NCBI GenBank assembly: GCA_963720475.1
Contig: OY970394.1
Coordinates: forward strand, 619,550-683,549
Length of the DNA stretch: 64,000 bases
Direction of reading: 5' to 3'
DNA from: an uncultured Thermoleophilaceae bacterium
GTDB lineage: Bacteria; Actinomycetota; Thermoleophilia; Solirubrobacterales; Thermoleophilaceae
In this document: positions 18,401-24,746 of the stretch, piece by piece
Position numbering within the stretch: the stretch's first letter is position 1
How the letters are laid out: each line of letters starts with the position of its first letter
Program-made: the position numbers and the translations under genes
Notes under the pieces: generated by a model
What the model saw: the letters and a program-made list of their open reading frames with translations, nothing else
What the model was told of the DNA's origin: nothing
The model's database searches: none

Positions 18401-18567
18401 ACGAGAAGGTCCCGGTCGAGCACTCCGAGGAGGAGCTCGACCGCGTGCGCGAGACGGTGTCGACGACGGCGGAGCGGATCCTCGAGCAGGAGTTCGAGCC
18501 TACGCCCTCCCCCGCGGTCTGCCCCTTCTGCGACTACCGGATCATCTGCCCCGCAGCCGAGAAGTAG
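15427..18567 (+). CDS. UvrD/PcrA-type superfamily 1 helicase fused to a C-terminal PD-(D/E)XK Cas4/AddB-like nuclease with a 4-Cys cluster
   Basis: 1046 aa from the internal ATG of track ORF 14836..18567. AGAGTGKT, DEYQDTN, VGDDDQAIYRFRGA. C-terminus has YRMCPLKY...GRVDRVD...ELIDYKTG...CPFCDYRIIC. Confidence 0.85.
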   Translation: MPDPLDGLNDAQREAVTHREGPLLVVAGAGTGKTRTLTRRFAWLVEQGVEPDSILALTFSQAAAAEMRERLETLIEAPFEELWAQTFHGFCARLLGDEALETGGDPFLEPITPAGRLALLLDRVDEVTLRQHQIRGNPVPLLSSFISRIDRLKDEMVSAADYRAYAEALDPGEDDATRATAAREVEFASIYEAHERMLADAGALDFGDLILRAYRLLHEHPHVRARTSERFGHVLVDEYQDTNFAQGVLLRLLVQDHRNVWAVGDDDQAIYRFRGASQKNLRDFEREYPDARLVRLEQNYRSGQRILTAATAVVEGDPDRIEKSLQGASGGVVDFWRCRSDRAQAQAAAAHAEQLIVGEGVTPGEICILVRSINNEGQAIAAALEERGLPFRLAGAAAYFQRAEIRDLLAWLRLLADPNDSGAVVRALSRPPIELRSVDLARLTQLARRRKLDMVSAVATALDGPQLSPEGRDRAQAFLKLQRSAAGAFEEMRPDAFVHRLIERVGIRRQQLFAAQADTLDRLVNIAKLAEIAAAYGRRQPNGTPRDFAHYIAAVAESGLREDEAVPPALASAVQVRTMHSAKGLEFDHVLVLGLTSTRMPGAYRRRPDEIPDELLKEELPEEGRAAHEGEQRRLLHVAMTRARSGLVLAWPETGARPKPSSFYEEARTALEAEESVHEEELFGPGEGLHSTFRMMRDELLDSVSRVGSRLGELRLDTYLDVAGSVTRYLELLKVAALIERSKHGQPLEQSLGEVNELLLQAATSEQRELFETSALDAYLLDTAREEPLAAASADAADGALDSFIPRRGEGLMLSASDIETYRMCPLKYKFARVFRIPQEPTINQRFGIVMHQVLERFHAGGGGSLEQLMALFEDSWRRGGFGDSNDDMQFHARAIEALERYWELDQERTSEPVWFERSFSFKLGPHLLRGRVDRVDRLADGNYELIDYKTGKPKTARQLREDVQLSVYQMGARESWQLETSAQSYYYVLENEKVPVEHSEEELDRVRETVSTTAERILEQEFEPTPSPAVCPFCDYRIICPAAEK

Positions 18568-19440
18568 CTAGCTGGCGTCAGGACCCCGCTGGCGTAGATA
18601 CCGCTGGAAGTCGCGGGCGATGGTGTCGGCCGAGGGGAGCTCGTCGGGGAGCGCCTCGTCGCCGACCTCGTCCATCGCGTGCTCGAGCCGCTCGACGAAC
18701 TCCTTCACGTCGGGATCGGTCGCGACCGCAGCCGTGACCTGCCGCTCGTAGTCGGCCGCTTCCTCCTCGAGCTCGCCGGCGTCCACCGCGAGGCCGGCGA
18801 CGGCCTCGAAGCTGCGGATCAGCGCGAGCGCAGCCTTCGGGTTCGGCGTCGCCGCGACGTAGTGCGGAACCGATGCCCACAGGCTCACCGATGGCATGCC
18901 CGCCTCGGCGAGCGCCGCATGGAGCACGCCTACGACACCGGTCGGGCCCTGGTAGTCAGAGCGGTTGAAGCCGTGGCGCTCGACGAGCGAGTCGTCCGAG
19001 GCGATACCGGTGATCGCAACCGGGCGCGAGTGGGGGACGTCGGCCAGCAGGGCACCGAGCGAGATCACGCGCGCGACGCCGAGCTCCGACGCGACCGAGA
19101 CGATCGCTTCGCAGAAGGCGCGCCAGCGCAACGAGGGCTCGGCACCGTGGAGCAGCACCAGATCCGAGTCGGCGCCGTCCACCTGCGCCGAGCTCAACGT
19201 CCACTCCGGCCAGTCGATCGTGCGGATCGTGCCCTCCGTCAGCCGGATCGTCGGACGCACCGCGGTGAAGTCGAAGAACTCCTCCGGATCGATGCGGGCG
19301 AACTCGGACGCCGCGAAGCGTGTATCGAGCCAGTCGAGCGCGGAACTGGCGGCCTCACCCGCGTCGTTCCAGCCTCTGAAGGCGCAGACGAGCACGGGCG
19401 ACCGAAGCTCCGGGCGCTGCTGCCATCTCACCGTCTCCAT
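18568..19440 (-). CDS. PAC2 (proteasome assembly chaperone 2-like) family protein
   Basis: 290 aa; VLVCAFRGWNDAGEAAS and LLHGAEPSLRW are typical of actinobacterial PAC2 proteins. Its stop abuts the helicase stop (TAGCTA). Confidence 0.8.
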   Translation of the reverse strand: METVRWQQRPELRSPVLVCAFRGWNDAGEAASSALDWLDTRFAASEFARIDPEEFFDFTAVRPTIRLTEGTIRTIDWPEWTLSSAQVDGADSDLVLLHGAEPSLRWRAFCEAIVSVASELGVARVISLGALLADVPHSRPVAITGIASDDSLVERHGFNRSDYQGPTGVVGVLHAALAEAGMPSVSLWASVPHYVAATPNPKAALALIRSFEAVAGLAVDAGELEEEAADYERQVTAAVATDPDVKEFVERLEHAMDEVGDEALPDELPSADTIARDFQRYLRQRGPDAS

Positions 19441-19898
19441 TCCCCCACCGTACAGGGGCGCGGGAACCCGCTAGCCGGCCGCGGGGCTAGTCGTTGCTTC
19501 TTGACGATGATCTTGCCCTTCATCGAGTCGGTGGACACGTGAATCGTGCAGACGTAGCGGTATGTGCCGGTCTTCGGCGGCGTGTAGTTGAACTTCGACC
19601 GCTGCGCGACCGCCTCGCCGCTGTTCTTCTTCCTCACGCCGTCGGGGACCTTCGTGAACGAGACGTCGTGAGGGGCGGAGTTGCTTTCGCTCCACCGGAA
19701 TGAAACGGAGTCGCCCTTTTCGATCGTCGTGCTATTTGCGTTCTCGTCCTTGCCCACCTGGGCGAAGTAGTTGTCGAGAACCGAGATCTTCTTCGTAACG
19801 GCGGAGGCATCCGCGCCGCCGAGCGCCGTCGTCGCGAGTCCGCCAGCGGCCACCAACACAGCCGATCCTGCCACCGCCGCCTTGCCGATCCCAGTCAT
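19428..19898 (-). CDS. secreted cupredoxin-like (blue copper) protein
   Basis: Signal peptide, then HDV...YRYVCTIHVSTDSMKGKIIV (His, Cys-x2-His, Met ligand pattern). A 25-aa tail overlaps the PAC2 start by 13 nt. ATG 19898 is preferred over GTG 19907. Confidence 0.7.
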   Translation of the reverse strand: MTGIGKAAVAGSAVLVAAGGLATTALGGADASAVTKKISVLDNYFAQVGKDENANSTTIEKGDSVSFRWSESNSAPHDVSFTKVPDGVRKKNSGEAVAQRSKFNYTPPKTGTYRYVCTIHVSTDSMKGKIIVKKQRLAPRPASGFPRPCTVGEWRR

Positions 19899-19969
19899 CT
19901 GCAGCACCCTTTCGGAGGTCGAGTTACCTCGATCCTAGTTGGGACCGGCGGATTTCGCCACCGTCAGGG

Positions 19970-20407
19970 TCAGTCGAGGGGCTGGCAGCCGCCGCCGCCT
20001 ACGAGCGTGAAGCTGACGCTGCGCTCGCCGGAGGTCAGCTTCGGCGACCCGAGCTCGCCGCTGACGCTGTACCCGCTGGGAACGTCGCCACGAACGCATT
20101 GTCGAGCCGCCTCCAACGCTGCGGAGCAGTCGACGCCGCTCGCCTCGACCGAGTTCGCCCCGCCCTCGGACTCGTTCCCGAGCTCGACGGTGACGTTGCC
20201 GCAGTCGGTCGGCCCACTCGGGGTCGTCTCCGTCGACGCCGTCGCGGTCGGCTCGCTCCGCTCCGTCGTCCCGCTCCGGGTCGAGGTCGGTGCGGTGACC
20301 GTCTCCCGCTCGGTGACCGTCTTCTCCTCGTCGTCGCCGCAGGCAGGCAGCGCAACGAGCGCGCCGGTAGCCGCGATGAGCGTCAGGGCGACCAGAGGAC
20401 GAGGCAT
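19970..20407 (-). CDS. small Cys-containing lipoprotein (unknown function)
   Basis: 145 aa from the internal ATG of track ORF 19970..20872. MPRPLVALTLIAATGALVALPACGDDEEKTVT (lipobox), Thr/Glu/Pro linker, C-terminal domain with 4 Cys. Paralogue of 36505..36954. Confidence 0.7.
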   Translation of the reverse strand: MPRPLVALTLIAATGALVALPACGDDEEKTVTERETVTAPTSTRSGTTERSEPTATASTETTPSGPTDCGNVTVELGNESEGGANSVEASGVDCSAALEAARQCVRGDVPSGYSVSGELGSPKLTSGERSVSFTLVGGGGCQPLD

Positions 20408-20418
20408 CGCGGCGAACC

Positions 20419-20853
20419 CTATTGCCCGTCGCGCTCGGCGGCGCGCGTGAGGGCGTCGCATGACTCGGCGAGCCAACGGTGCAGGTAGCGCTTGCCATAC
20501 AGCGCCGCGAACGCCCGGTCGCTCATCGAACGCACCTCGAAGCTGAACTCGGTCTCGAGAAATGTGCCCCCCTGGGACTCGGTGAAGATGAATCGGGTTC
20601 GCACGCCGACGCCCTCGCAGTAGATCGTCACCTCGTGGCAATCCTCCAGGCGCTCGAGTGTGTGTTCGTGCTCCTCGACCCGCCCGAACGGGCCCTTCGT
20701 CACGCCGCGGTATCGGCACCCTTCGCCGATCTCCTCGCACTCGTTCTCCACCGCGGTCGGCCACCACTCCGGGTGCCGAGTCGGGTCGGCCACGAGCTCG
20801 TAGACACGCTCCACCGGCGCCTCCACCTGCGTCTGCTGACGTGCCGCGACCAC
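20419..20853 (-). CDS. SRPBCC (START/polyketide-cyclase-like) domain protein
   Basis: C-terminal 144 aa of track ORF 20419..21771. The GTG start at 20853 gives VVAARQQTQVEAPVERVYELVADPTRHPEWWP. Confidence 0.7.
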   Translation of the reverse strand: MVAARQQTQVEAPVERVYELVADPTRHPEWWPTAVENECEEIGEGCRYRGVTKGPFGRVEEHEHTLERLEDCHEVTIYCEGVGVRTRFIFTESQGGTFLETEFSFEVRSMSDRAFAALYGKRYLHRWLAESCDALTRAAERDGQ

Positions 20854-20904
20854 GCGCTTCGCAGTCTGGCATAGAGTCGCCAGGTCACCGAGGAGGGAGA
20901 GGCA

Positions 20905-21885
20905 ATGGCGCAGGTGGAGACCGTGAAGGGGCCGATCGACACGAGCGAGCTCGGCCGAACGCTGATGCACGAGCACATCTTTTGCCTCAGTCCGGAGGTG
21001 GCGCAGAACTACGACACGGGGTGGGGTGACGAGGAAGCGCGCGTATCGGAGGCGGTCGAGAAGCTGAACGAGGTGAGCGCGTCCGGCATCAACTCGTTCA
21101 TGGACTTGACGGTGCTCGGCCTCGGCCGCGATATCCCGCGGATCCAGCGGATCTGCGAGCAGGTGCCCGACCTGCACGTGCTCGTCGCGACCGGGCTCTA
21201 CATGTACCGCGACGTTCCCTTCTACCTCTACTTCCAGGGACCCGGCACGATCCTCGACGGCCCCGAGCCGATGGTCGAGATGTTCGTTGGCGACATCGAG
21301 AACGGGATCAAGGACACCGGCGTCAAGGCCGCGATGCTGAAGTGCGCGATCGACGAGCCGGGGCTGCAACCGGGGGTCGAGCGGATCATGCGCGCGGTCG
21401 CCCAGGCGCATCGCCAGACGGGCACACCGATCACCTGCCATACCCACGCCAAGTCCGAGCAGGGGCTCACGGCACAGAAGGTGTTCGAGGAGGAGGGCGT
21501 GGACCTGTCGCGCGTCGTCCTCGCCCACTGCGGCGACACCTCGGACGTTGACTACCTGACGAAGCTCGCCGAGAAGGGGTCGTTCCTCGGGATGGACCGC
21601 TTTGGGATCGACCTCGAGCAGCCGTTCGAGGAACGCGTCGCCGCGGTGGCGGCGATGTGCGAGCGCGGACACGCCGACAAGATGATCCTGTCGCAGGACG
21701 CGGGCGTGTTCATGGACAACCTGCCCTGGGACATGCTTTCGCAGGTCGTGCCCAACTGGCACTACCTGCACGTCGTCAACGACGTCATCCCCGAGCTGAA
21801 GAACCGCGGCGTCACCGACGAGCAGATCGACGCGATGCTGGTGGACAACCCGCGCCGCATCTTCGAGGCGCAGGGCGCGTACTAG
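20905..21885 (+). CDS. phosphotriesterase-like (PTE/PLL) amidohydrolase-fold protein
   Basis: 326 aa with GRTLMHEHIF (HxH metal site). GGAGGGAGAGG SD. Confidence 0.85.
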   Translation: MAQVETVKGPIDTSELGRTLMHEHIFCLSPEVAQNYDTGWGDEEARVSEAVEKLNEVSASGINSFMDLTVLGLGRDIPRIQRICEQVPDLHVLVATGLYMYRDVPFYLYFQGPGTILDGPEPMVEMFVGDIENGIKDTGVKAAMLKCAIDEPGLQPGVERIMRAVAQAHRQTGTPITCHTHAKSEQGLTAQKVFEEEGVDLSRVVLAHCGDTSDVDYLTKLAEKGSFLGMDRFGIDLEQPFEERVAAVAAMCERGHADKMILSQDAGVFMDNLPWDMLSQVVPNWHYLHVVNDVIPELKNRGVTDEQIDAMLVDNPRRIFEAQGAY

Positions 21886-21956
21886 CCGACGCGCGACCGT
21901 AATACATCCGTCCGTCGCCCTTCACCTCGGCCCGCGCGCTGCCGAAGGGAAAAGTA

Positions 21957-22631
21957 GTGAGCCGCTTCCTAAGCACACGCATGGGCCGCCGCAGCGCGGT
22001 CCTGACGGCGATAGCTGCCGTCGCCATCCCCGCCATCGCCGCCCCGGGCGCCGACGCTGCGTCGGTCAAGGCGGGCGGCCAGGTGATAGCTCCCCCGGCG
22101 AGCTACAAGGGCAAGCTGGCAGTACCGGTCCTGCTGAGCCAGAGCTCGCAGAAGGCGCTGCGCACGAACTCGCCGGTGGCGAGGCTGCTCGTGGGTAAGA
22201 ACGAGCGCGTCCCCGGCCCCGGCAACGCGCGCATCGCCGCCTCCGACGTCAAGGCCGGCGACGACGTCAGCGCCAAGGTGACCCGCGCGAAGAAGCAGAG
22301 CTCGATCCCGTCGTTCTCCGCCCGCGGCCTTTCGGTCTCGAAGCGTCAGGGCAACCTCTCGAACTCCGAGCTGCAGGCCGCTGTGTACGAACTCGCCCGT
22401 AGCTACTTCAACAGCAGCGCGGCGCAGGACTCAAAGCTCTCGAGCCTCGAGGGCCGCCTCGCAAAGCTCGAGTCTGGCGCAACCCAGTCAGCGATCACCG
22501 GGCTGCAGAACGACGTCAACAACCTCACCACGACCGTCAACGGCCTGACGAGCCAGCTCGGCAGCCTGAACTCGCTAGTCACCACGATCTGCCACGTGCC
22601 GGTCGTCGACCTCGTCGTCGCCTGCCCGTAG
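21957..22631 (+). CDS. secreted protein with a C-terminal Ser/Thr/Asn/Leu-rich coiled-coil-like region (unknown function)
   Basis: 224 aa, GTG start. Signal peptide AVLTAIAAVAIPAIAAPGADA; SLEGRLAKLESGATQSAITGLQNDVNNLTTTVNGLTSQLGSLNSLV; terminal ICHVPVVDLVVACP. Lower GC than its neighbours. Confidence 0.6.
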   Translation: MSRFLSTRMGRRSAVLTAIAAVAIPAIAAPGADAASVKAGGQVIAPPASYKGKLAVPVLLSQSSQKALRTNSPVARLLVGKNERVPGPGNARIAASDVKAGDDVSAKVTRAKKQSSIPSFSARGLSVSKRQGNLSNSELQAAVYELARSYFNSSAAQDSKLSSLEGRLAKLESGATQSAITGLQNDVNNLTTTVNGLTSQLGSLNSLVTTICHVPVVDLVVACP

Positions 22632-23003
22632 AGCTCGCCGCGCGAGCGTGAAGGCGAAGTAGACCATCACCCCTGCGAAGAGGTACTTGAGCGCCTGCTC
22701 GCTGAGCGCGTTCGAGAGCAGCACTCCGGCGGCAACCCCGACGGGCGCGAGCAGCGCAAGGGCGAGGGCGTCGCGCGGGCGCAGGTTGCCGTAACCGTGC
22801 TGGCGCCAGGTCCCGACGGCGGCGACCAGCATGATCGAGAACAGCGAGGTGGACTCCGCGCTCACCTGCGACTTGTCGAGGCAGAACACGAGCGCGGGGA
22901 CGAACAGCACACCGCCCCCGACCCCGACGAGGCCGCCGAGCCCGCCGCCCGCGAAGCCGAGCACGAGCAGCGCGCCGAGCTCGATCACCGTGATGTCGGT
23001 CAC
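22575..23003 (-). CDS. TauE/SafE-family permease, C-terminal half-size subunit
   Basis: 142 aa with 4 predicted TM segments and GVGGGVLFVPAL. GTG start in a GTGA overlap with the upstream half. Confidence 0.7.
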   Translation of the reverse strand: MTDITVIELGALLVLGFAGGGLGGLVGVGGGVLFVPALVFCLDKSQVSAESTSLFSIMLVAAVGTWRQHGYGNLRPRDALALALLAPVGVAAGVLLSNALSEQALKYLFAGVMVYFAFTLARRALRAGDDEVDDRHVADRGD

Positions 23004-23368
23004 CTGACCACCAGCACGACCGCCGAGACGAGCAGCAGGACTGCGAAGACGCCCGACACGGCACGCTCGGAGATCCGCTGCTGGAGCGCGGTCCCCGCCA
23101 CGACGCCGGCCGCGGCCGGCACGGCGACGACCGCGCCGGCGAGGAAATCGACGTTGCCGTAGAGCGCCTGGCCGACGACGCCGACGGCCGCGATTCCGAT
23201 GATCGCCGCGAGCGAGGTCCCGGTGGCCTCGCGCTCGCCGTAGCCGAGCCAGAGGATGAGCAGCGGGACCATGACCGTTCCGCCGCCGACGCCGAACAGC
23301 CCGCTGAAGACGCCAGCCGCCGTCGCGATGATGCCCAGCGTCGCGAGCCGCGATGACACCCGCGCCAT
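23000..23368 (-). CDS. TauE/SafE-family permease, N-terminal half-size subunit
   Basis: 122 aa from the internal ATG 23368 of track ORF 23000..23473. GLFGVGGGTVMVPLL and 4 predicted TM segments. Confidence 0.7.
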   Translation of the reverse strand: MARVSSRLATLGIIATAAGVFSGLFGVGGGTVMVPLLILWLGYGEREATGTSLAAIIGIAAVGVVGQALYGNVDFLAGAVVAVPAAAGVVAGTALQQRISERAVSGVFAVLLLVSAVVLVVR

Positions 23369-23378
23369 ACTACGTCCC

Positions 23379-24197
23379 GTGCCCGCCCGGACCCTGGAGG
23401 CGCTGCCGGACGTGCTCCGGCCGATCACCGACGACCCGCCGCGGGCGTCGATCTTCTGCGACGTGGACGGCACGCTCGCGCCGATCGTGCGCCGCGCGGA
23501 CGATGCTCACGTGCCCGAGCGGACGTCGGTCCTGATCGGCTCGCTCGGACGCCGCTACGGCTGCGTCGCGTGCGTGTCGGGCCGCCCGGCCGCGGAGGCG
23601 CGCCGGCTCGTGGGCGTCGGCAACATCGCCTACGCGGGCAGCCACGGTGCCGAGCTGCTCGATCCCGGGGCAAAGCGGGCTCGCGTCTCGCCCGCGTTCG
23701 CGAGCTGGGCGGGACGCGTCCACCGCTTCGCAGCGGGCTACGACTCCGCCGAGCTGCGCCTGCTGCGGATCAGGCTCGAGGACAAGGGCCCGATCGTCGC
23801 CTTCCACTGGCGCGGCGTGCCCGACGAGGACGCCGCGCGCACGCGCCTGCAGGGAATCGCCGACGAGGCCGAGACCGCCGGCTTCGACACGCATTGGGGG
23901 CGAAAGGTGCTCGAGCTGCGCCCGCCGGTCCCGATCGGCAAGGGCCAGCCCGTGGACGAGCTGGTACGGCGCTCCGGCGTGCGGACAGCGCTCTTCGGCG
24001 GCGACGATGTGACCGACCTCGACGCTTTCGACGCGCTCGACGCGCTCATCGCCGACGGTGTGCTCGACGGCGCCGTCAAGGTGGGCGTGCGCTCCGAGGA
24101 GGGTCCGGCGGCGATCGTCGAGCGGGCCGACCTCGTCGTGGACGGCGTCGAGGGGTTCGAGCAGGTGCTCGGCGCGCTCCGCGAGGCCGTCCGCTAG
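23379..24197 (+). CDS. otsB: trehalose-phosphatase (HAD superfamily)
   Basis: IFCDVDGTLAP (DxDGT), SGR, GKG, GGDDVTDLDAF. The start is uncertain: GTG 23379 was chosen to avoid overlap with the divergent TauE gene, while the track ORF begins at 23256. Confidence 0.75.
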   Translation: MPARTLEALPDVLRPITDDPPRASIFCDVDGTLAPIVRRADDAHVPERTSVLIGSLGRRYGCVACVSGRPAAEARRLVGVGNIAYAGSHGAELLDPGAKRARVSPAFASWAGRVHRFAAGYDSAELRLLRIRLEDKGPIVAFHWRGVPDEDAARTRLQGIADEAETAGFDTHWGRKVLELRPPVPIGKGQPVDELVRRSGVRTALFGGDDVTDLDAFDALDALIADGVLDGAVKVGVRSEEGPAAIVERADLVVDGVEGFEQVLGALREAVR

Positions 24198-24203
24198 CGC
24201 TCC

Positions 24204-24746
24204 GTGCGTTTCTACGACTTCCTGCGCACGGCGGTGCTCCTCTTCGGGGGGTCCGCTACGGCGCTCGCCGTCGTCGGCATCGCCGGCGCGACGGCGCAGG
24301 AGGACGAGGTGCTGATCTACGTCGCTGTCGGGTGGTGGACCCTCGCCGCGGTCACGGGCCTCTGGATCGGCCGGCGCGGGTCGGCGACGGAGGGAATCCG
24401 ACGCCTCATGACGGGGGCGCGCGCATCGACGGCGCTGCCCGAGCTCGAGCCCGGCACCGTCCTCTTCAACCGTCTTTGGGCGCTCGCGGTCTTCACCGTC
24501 GTCTCGGGGGCAATCGCCTTCCTCATCCCGCAGGTCCCTGTGGCGGCGGCCGGCTACGCGCTGATCGCGTCGCTCGCCTGGCGCAAGCAGGCGGCGGCGG
24601 TCGAGGCCATCGAGGGCCGCGACGGCGTGCGCTTCTACGTCGACCGCACGTCCCCGTTCAAGCCGACGCAGCTGATCCGGACACCGGGGTTCAAGCGCGT
24701 CGAGCCGCCCGAGGAGGCCGCGGAGACGGAGCCAGCGCGCGGCTGA
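24204..24746 (+). CDS. membrane protein with 4 predicted TM segments (unknown function)
   Basis: 180 aa, GTG start 7 nt after the otsB stop. Hydrophobic segments AVLLFGGSATALAVVGIAG, VAVGWWTLAAVTGLWIG, LWALAVFTVVSGAIAFLI and VAAAGYALIASLAW. Confidence 0.55.
   Translation: MRFYDFLRTAVLLFGGSATALAVVGIAGATAQEDEVLIYVAVGWWTLAAVTGLWIGRRGSATEGIRRLMTGARASTALPELEPGTVLFNRLWALAVFTVVSGAIAFLIPQVPVAAAGYALIASLAWRKQAAAVEAIEGRDGVRFYVDRTSPFKPTQLIRTPGFKRVEPPEEAAETEPARG

Noticed and set aside
21915-22660. Possible inverted repeats flanking gene 21957..22631: GTCGCCCTTCACCTCGGCCCGCGCGC versus the complement of GCGCGCGAGCGTGAAGGCGAAGT.
   Set aside because: The match needs several gaps and mismatches and is GC-rich low-information sequence. 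The right arm lies inside the TauE coding region. This is consistent with chance.
22997-23006. TGA between the two TauE halves as a selenocysteine or readthrough site that would fuse them.
   Set aside because: Continuing in the upstream frame past the TGA hits another stop after 4 codons (TGA CCG ACA TCA CGG TGA). The downstream half is in a different frame and starts with its own GTG.
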